A DNA stretch of 64,000 bases from Octopus sinensis (Eukaryota), in NCBI RefSeq assembly GCF_006345805.1, contig NC_042999.1, positions 121,272,001-121,336,000 on the forward strand. The letters are read 5' to 3'. Position 1 is the first letter of the stretch. Every line of letters starts with the position of its first letter. The notes below the pieces were generated by a model. That model had not been told where the DNA came from. It searched no databases and saw only the letters and a program-made list of their open reading frames with translations. Positions 56,077 to 64,000 of this stretch are shown here, one piece after another. Made by a program: the position numbers and the translations under genes.

Positions 56077-59000
56077 TATATGTGAACTCCCATCATGTAA
56101 AATTCAATAAGTAGTGTTCTGTTTCTAATTTTTGCTTTTAATACACATGTGTACACACACACGGAAATATACACATAATGCATATTACACAAATATATGA
56201 GTGTGTGTGTATATATATATATCTTAACTATATTTCCCTACCAAAACTTGATTTTCTTCTTAACTTTTTCTACTAAGCATAAGTTTTAATTACACTTTGC
56301 AGATATATTTTTAAGGGTATAGTTTATGATTATATTACTAAACCCTATTTATTTATTTATTAGGGGATGGTTTTAAATCATTTTCCCCTGCTCCAAACTT
56401 CGTTTCTTCCTAACACTCTTCCAATGCATTATTTTAATGAAATTTTGCAGAAACACATTTTCTTGACTGTAGATTACGATTACAATGATAAAGTTAACAA
56501 AATAAATGTTTTCCTGGTTAAATTTTTCTTATGAATTTTATGAACATAATCATAATGTACACCCATGGAAATGCATTTTTGCAGAATTATATTTAAAAAC
56601 CTGCGTTTTAAAAAGTTATGAGAAAAAGGCAGGAGTGATCTGAAACTAGCTCCAAATTTTTGTTTTTAAAATTTATTTTATCAGCATAACTATAATTTAA
56701 TCCTCTAAAATTTACCGCTGCACAATTCCATTAAGAAATATGCATTTTCCAAACAGTTGCAAGGAAATAAAATTGGGATAAGGACACCAAACTGTAGCTA
56801 AGCCCATATATAGTTTTTGGTTTTGTTTAAAGGTATTTTTTCTTAAATCATCTAGTCAGTGATTAAACAAAAGTTATATAGTACTTTTGTGTGTGAGTGC
56901 ATGTTTGTGTTCTTGTATGCATGTGAACTCCCAATAGGTAAAAATCAACAAGCAGTGTTCTGTTTCTCATTTTTGCTTTTAATACAAACACTAGCAGTTT
57001 CATTTTGATCAAAACACTTGCCACTCCAACTCATTGTAATTCCTCTACTTCTTCCATTTAATATCTCTGACAGTTACTCACTCCCTCTCCATGTGTTGTT
57101 TCAATCCTGCTTTATCTAATGTTAGTGGAAGCAAAAACACACGTTCATTATCTGTGTCTCCTGTATGCTTCAGTCTCAACTCTTACTGCTGTGTTAAGTC
57201 TCATTATCCAGTCTGAGCAACCAGCTACATATTGGAAAAACCCCAAAGTGACAAACCACTGTTTTGGTCTGAATAAACTATACTTTTATCAAATACTACA
57301 CATTCCAATTGTCACTCACCAATGGTGATATATCACTTAATAAACACAATATTTAAATCAAGAGAGTGAGATTCTCTAGTTCAATAACAGAAACTTGTCC
57401 AGATGCCTCCATTAAGTGAAAATCTCAGATCTAAAATACAGTTGGTCAGTGGAGTTCTTAAATTTAAAAAAATGTTTCCACATATATTTAAAAAGATATC
57501 AATCCTTGCATCAATTTTCTGTCTTAGAGCTGAATTTAAGCTTCAGTTATCTCAGTAACTTGGAAACTACTTAATTCCCTTTAAAAAAAGGACTCTCAGA
57601 CATACATTCATCTCCTCTATTCAATTGTTTTGTTAAGTTAAACAAATTAGCATTATTTCCTCTTCTTAACATAATTATGCTCCCCTCATAAATTTACCAA
57701 TATGCAGAGACCCTACATTTATAGACAGAAATAAATGGTAAGCATGAAATTCAAAACGCTAATGAAAAATCATCTAATTCTGGTTTCTATAAACATCTGA
57801 CAAAATTAGAAGTTAAAGAACAACAATTTCAAAGTGGCCATCTTCTGATTGCAGAATATTTGAAAGCAATAGAGGTACTATCCATTTGTTAATGAATCTT
57901 CTTACTTCTTTTGAGGCCAACAAAGAATTAAAGTGTTTTGAAATACTATTTAAAAGAACAGAAAACTTACTCTCTATTACATCTACAAGTTTAGAGAGAC
58001 AGCTTTTACTGCAGACAGATTATATCTTACAAAACTGAGATTAAGTCATTCAGAGAGTTCACTGCACAGTCTTTGTTTGACAAAAATCTATTTTTTAAAA
58101 TAAAGAATTATTTTACATGCACTTTTTATTTAGCTTTCTGAGGGAAAAAAAAAAGAAGATTCTTTTCATTTAAAAACTTATTTGTTTATGTTTTAAAAAA
58201 GGTATAACTGTCGTTTAAGAAATTTCTCTGTTGAATTAAAAAAAAAAGAAACTATGTATTTGCATTTAGTATTTTCACTGAAAATATTCTAAGCCTATTA
58301 ATTATTATAGTTTATAAACCTGTAAGTTCATAAGCATGAAATGAAATAAAGTACTTTTAAACATTTTTAAACAACAAATTAATGATTTAACATTTAAATC
58401 TTATATTGCAAGTAACCACAATTATCACTGAGTTCTGAACCACATGAAACTGAAATTCAAATAGTGTTGTTGAAAAGTGGAACAAAGTACACTTCTGCAG
58501 GAGAAACAAAATTATTCATAAAGAACATTCTGTCAAAAAACTTGCTGTTTGCTCCATATACATTTATTTCTTTTTGCATATTATCAACTAAATTTATGGA
58601 TTTTCTCCCTTCAAGCAATAAGTTAGAACTCAGTGACATTATTTATTAATGTTGTATGTCTTATCTATTAATGCATCAATTAGAGGAAGAAGGCTTGGAT
58701 CTACAGAGAATGATTAGAGTGACATTTCAGTGACATCTCTACACACTGTCTACCAAAATATTACTCGAGTTTATAGACTGTGAGCAAGTATGGAGTTATC
58801 ACAAAGTCAATATTGCATCTAAGCTTTATTATGGCAAGGATAAAAGACAACAATTTACTGATATATTTTAAATGCAGGGTTTCAGTATAGTGAGGTGGTT
58901 TATGAGAAGAATGTAATTATTCTAACATGAGAAAATAACAGTTATTTCTTGGCCCAAATGAACACTTTAAATGGAAGAAATGAGCATATATCTGAGAATG

Positions 59001-59143
59001 GCATTTTCAGAAAGCAGTTATGCAGTTTTTCCAAGTTACAGAGATTAACTGGAGTTCAAATTCAGCTTTGAGACAGAAAACCGATACACAGGGACTGATA
59101 ATTTGTAAATATATGTGTAAATGCCTATGTGCAATCAACTTAC

Positions 59144-59158
59144 CTGAATTCAACCTAC
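59144..59158 (-). CDS. Candidate 15-nt microexon (phase 1/1), xRLNS
   Basis: TTTACTTGTTTTATGACATTCTAG|GTAGGTTGAATTCAG|GTAAGT has a consensus donor and preserves frame. G+AT gives Asp on joining the exon at 44759. Confidence 0.5.
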
Positions 59159-59561
59159 CTAGAATGTCATAAAACAAGTAAACTCAATAACAACTACTTA
59201 AATTCCTATCACAAGGTATACTGATAATTATATGCTATCCATATTTATGTAATATTAATAATGTAATAATTAAAGACATTTCATAATTTCTAACGGTATT
59301 AGTAGATTTATATAAAGAGCTACAAGACTTTTAAGAGTTAAAAATATACGTAGAATATAATGATACCAGTATCAATGTATTCTCTCTCTCTCTCTCTCTC
59401 TATGTATCTTTATAGTGAGTTTCTGGTGGTTTTCTCTCGGTCTGTCTGTCTCTCTCTCTCTCTATATATATATATATGAGAGAGAGAGAAAATCAGTAGG
59501 GTATATAATACCACTTGCTCAAATCATATATATATATAAACACATACACAAATGCATATAG

Positions 59562-59606
<45 letters not shown>

Positions 59607-62342
59607 TACATACATTTGGCAGTGCAAAAAGGAAAAATAGAACTCAAAACAAATATATATAAGTATATATATATATACAGATAGATAGATAGATAGATAC
59701 TTAGATGGATATAGATATGTTGTTAATATTTGGCAGAGACAAACAAACATGCACATACATAGCCAAGAAGCTGCATCAATGACCGAACAGTCAAAAGTTA
59801 AACCCTTAAATCTATGATATAACTTTTTGACTATAAGTGTAAATATCCTGCTTCATTTTGAGTTCTATTTCACTCAGTTTATAACTAATCTTAAGAATGT
59901 ATGTGTAATGATAAAATTATAGAAGCAAAATATTAAAATAAAAATCAATATTTAACTGTAAAATAGTAATTTTAATTCACATAGATACATGTCATTAGTA
60001 TCAATAATTTCCTCCTCTCAGTGGTTAGTTGTGTTCATGTGCAACACATATAAAATAGATTAGATAATAATACATTAATAACAAAAGAATGAGGTAATAC
60101 TTTCAAATGAAGAAAAATTAAATGTAATTTATACATCAATTAGAACAATTATATTTGAAACAGAAAAATTAAAAACTTTTAGATATGATCATTGTCATAA
60201 ATTTATCAATCACCACCTAGAATAGGAAAAAAATTTTATTGGATTTCAAAAAACAAAAACAATGAATATAATTTCCCTTTTTTCTTCAGAATTTGCTTTC
60301 GGAAATAGTGAATCCTTCATAATAGAATCAAGGAGTAATTAACTGAGAATCTTCAGATAAGGTAATAGAACATTATCATTACCATCATTCCAATATGAAA
60401 AAGGTACACCCACTAAAATACATTCTCATTAATATTTCCTATCTCTTTAATATGATAGACATAATTGATAAATAGTATGCGTATCCAATCTTCTAGAGTA
60501 AGAAAAATCAGTGTTTTGGAATGTCATGCAAACAAAACTTAACGCAATATTCATAATATAATGTATATTTTAAATTTTTTACACTGACGAAATATGCTGC
60601 TGTATATAGAAAAATTTATAAAAAGAAAATCTTCTGAAGAACTCAATATCCAATTCTCAATCATCTAAAAGAAATACGCTATTAAGCAATGAAGTTTTCT
60701 TTAAATAACTAATGGTTATCATAATTAAATTTTAAATGCAGAACCAATAATGATTCACAGTAAAAGTAAGTAGAAACATGAAAATATAGATAAAAATTAA
60801 CAGAAAATTCATAAATTTCTATTGAAATCCAGAGTTATATTTAAAAAAATTATTTTTGTTGAATTCTAAATCTTAATCTTGGTTACAAATAATAAAAATG
60901 AAAACATATTTCTTATAGTTAGACAATGCACACATGTAATCAATGTTACTACCGGGTATCGTGTTTTCTTAAATAACTGATATACCTAAGGGTGGGTGTG
61001 GGGGTATTCTTTTACATCATTTTACACAAATTCATCTTTTCCATCGTAATTTGAATAAAAGTTGAAGATGAATTTTTGTAATTTTAGAGTTTTGTAATTC
61101 AAGATAATATGAAATAAATATAATGTATAGAATGCATAATTTTAGCTAATATGTTTAATACTAAATATTAAACATAAAATCTACAAATCATTATCAATGC
61201 AAATATTTTTGTTCCTGAGATCTACTACATTCAGGAGCTTTCTATTTATATTTTTTTGTTCCATAATATGACTATCATTCACATTTTTAGAATCACCTGA
61301 AAGAATGCTTTTTGTACATGGACTGACTTATTTTTCTTATTTTGGTGATCCAAGAAAATTAAATTCCTATTCAATAAATCTGTTAGCAAATCATATTCCA
61401 TAAAAAAAAATGAATTTTTTTCCAGGTCACAATGAAGTATTATGTAAGAAACCACACATACTTGATGCAAGTGTATTATTAACCATTCACTTACTTCTTG
61501 CTATAACTATGAACTATGTGTAGGTACAAAATAGCTTCTGTAATCAGGATAAGTACCACATAATCAATAAATATTTCATTTGCGTGCTGTGGTATTCCAA
61601 CAAGCTTCTGCATTCTAAGAATAATGGCCTAAATTACATACAAACAGTTTCAAAATGTATGATGTATTTACTTTATTTATGCAAGAAACTAATGTTTGTG
61701 ATAAAGGAGCTATGTCTATTTAGAAGGTATTACACACAAAACTATATAGCAAGACAGCTCAAAGTTTAATAAAAAAAATTATCTAAGATGAATATTAATG
61801 ATGACTAATATGATATAACTATTAAATATAATACATTGAATTAATTATTTCAACTCTGTAATAATCATAACAGTTAATGAATGAAATATTTTAAAAGGGA
61901 ATATTATTAATGGCTAGAATATTTAAATATCAGATATTTTGGGGATAAAATAAAATTGTGAAAACAGAGTTCAAAAGATGTTTTAGCTAAAATATTGCTT
62001 AACATGTCTTCTTTTCTAAATGTATTCTTTCAATAATTTAGTCAATAAAGTATGCCTTGTCTTGCCTAAAACTGTATTTGTTTGGCAAGTGACAAGATTT
62101 GAGAGAAAGTGCTAAAGCTGTAATAGGATGTAATGTGACTATATATATATATATATAAGTGAGCATAACTAATAGTAATATGAAGTAAAGGAAATAATTC
62201 ACAAATAGATTAACAACATGAATATTGCTAGGTAAGATGAGGTGACATTTTAATTTACTCTATTTCCATTTAACTGAAACTTCCTTCTTCAATAGCAACT
62301 GTTAGCAATTCCCAATAGATAAAATGAAATAATTAAAAAAAT

Positions 62343-62763
62343 TATTAATAGTTATAGCCAAGCTAACATGGTAGTCCAGAAAAACAGGACAAATGCTGCC
62401 ATTGATTAGTTCCAAGAGGCCATAGCCTCCAGCTAGCTATGTGACACACAAATCTGTGTCCATTACAACCTTCGAACAGTGACATTCATCAGCTTCCCCA
62501 TGCTGGTTCAAACATCCACAGACCAATTTTGGGGTATTTTCCCCTTATGAATGTAGAGTAGCTGAATGCAGCAGGTGTCGCTGTTGACTGTCTGTTCGAA
62601 GGTTTATATATATTCAGTGGAACACATCCACTGATTTTCAAATATGGAAATATTATTTTTAAATCTCTCTAAAGGAGACTACGGGAGCAGTATTGGGTAT
62701 TAATAGTTACCGCCAAACTAACATGGCAGTCCAGAAAAATAGGATGAATACTGCCATTGATTA
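62343..62763. repeat. ~420-bp element bounded by ~65-bp direct repeats
   Basis: 62343-62408 and 62698-62763 share TAATAGTTA..GCCAA.CTAACATGG.AGTCCAGAAAAA.AGGA...ATGCTGCCATTGATTA-like sequence. Confidence 0.8.
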
Positions 62764-63049
62764 AAAAAATTCAAATGAAGATAATTGCAAGAAACTGAAA
62801 TTTAATTTCTCACAGTAAACTTACAATTTTAGGAGAATGTATGTTTGGACTATGTTTGCAAACAGTGGACTACAATGGATATGATTCAATTTGTCAAACT
62901 TCATCAGTGATGGCTGATGGACTCTCCCATCAAAGACAACATGTGAGTGTTCAGCTTTTGCCAAATGATCAGCACAAATGATTTGTTTATAATGATCAAA
63001 TGTATGCACTATACATTAGCTCGCTCTCTCCATCAAATAAACGTTGCCT

Positions 63050-63207
63050 GAACAGGTGCATGGTGTATCATGCGTCAGGTGTTGAAATGATTGCAGGGCA
63101 ATGTGAAATGATGTTCTTTTGCTCAAGAATGCAACATATCACCTGATATAGGAATTGAAACCATGACCTCTGAACTGTAAATGCAGCACCCTAACCACCA
63201 GGCATAC
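63050..63207 (-). mobile_element. tRNA-headed SINE 5' fragment
   Basis: The reverse strand reads GCCTGGTGGTTAGGGTGCTG (A-box) ... GGTTTCAATTCC (B-box) ... CTTGAGCAAAAG. Confidence 0.55.
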
Positions 63208-64000
63208 TAAAGACTGTTTGATCAGTTCACAAAGATTTTTAATTTAAAAAGAGGTAAAAATATTGCCTGGTCTTTTAAATTGCATCATCAAAAGGTTAAG
63301 ATATGAATTTGGATAATTAAATCAGGACAGAAGGTACTGAAAACCATACGAAAAGAAAAATATACAAAAATGCTAGCAAACAAAAGATGGAAATCAACTT
63401 TGAGTGATTTTTGATTTCTCAAAATTATCTCCTCACTTCTCAGAAATGCTGTTAAGTTATGTTTGTTTTCTCTAAATTTGATTGAAATTTCAAATGAAAA
63501 CTTTATTGCATATGGCATTCACTGCATCAGTCAATCAATCCAAATTCATGCCATTAAACTATTTCAGATATTTCCTTTACTTAATATTATTTTTAAATAA
63601 ACAAGTTGAAGAAGACAAAAATTATTATCAACTCTTCTCTCTATACGAAATTCAAGCAGACTAGAGTAGACTATACAATGCTGATGAACTTGAATAGATT
63701 GAAAATTTGTCAATAGATGCTCCTTGATTGCAAACAAAGATTAGATTTTCTTTCCTCTGAGCATGTACATGAACTATGATAAATTAATTCTTATTTTCTT
63801 GATCTTGTCTCTCTTGTCTTTGATGAGAGTTACTAACTTTGTGTGCCTGTGCATTTGTGAATATCAAGTTGACTGAAACTAAGTGTTGCCTATCCTAATA
63901 CCAACTACTTTGCAGAGTTGACTGGGTGCTTTTTATGTGGTACCAACACCAGCAAGGCCTGATATAGCATGGTTTCCACAGCTGGATACCCTTCCTACTG

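Noticed and set aside
57725-57892. Plus-strand open frame of about 55 codons (TEINGKHEIQ...AEYLKAIE)
   Set aside because: Weak splice sites, no partner exons and no recognisable motif.
57971-58087. Minus-strand segment bounded by AATAG| and |GTAAGT
   Set aside because: All three frames contain stops. At best a non-coding or cryptic exon.
60170-60260. Strong minus-strand acceptor TTTTTTTCCTATTCTAG|GTGGTGATT
   Set aside because: No convincing donor or open frame. A 3-nt microexon cannot be supported from sequence alone.

Overview
This is AT-rich eukaryotic DNA with many (TA)n, (CA)n and (TG)n microsatellites. Its repeat families resemble those of octopus-type cephalopods (inference from recalled repeats, not a database match). 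Almost all 'YIYI/CVCV' ORFs in the track are artefacts of these microsatellites. The real content has four parts. (1) A minus-strand intron-containing gene. Three phase-compatible exons (44619-44759, 41599-41774, 27087-27295) splice into about 175 aa of a protein I cannot name. It also has a candidate 15-nt upstream microexon, a short stop-bearing exon near 26.7 kb and a candidate microexon cluster at 2.5-4.5 kb. (2) Four co-oriented, decayed CR1-type LINE copies at 9-23 kb, whose 3' stem-loop tail is shared with a SINE. (3) Penelope-like element remnants with hammerhead-ribozyme-like motifs, a near full-length dead mariner, a Tc1-like fragment and several SINEs. (4) Several foldback or palindromic elements and local templated duplications linked to (TA)n arrays. 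No rRNA, tRNA gene or CRISPR array is present. I see no clear novel multi-gene system. The best leads are the unnamed gene with candidate microexons, the ribozyme-like motifs and the LINE/SINE tail covariation.
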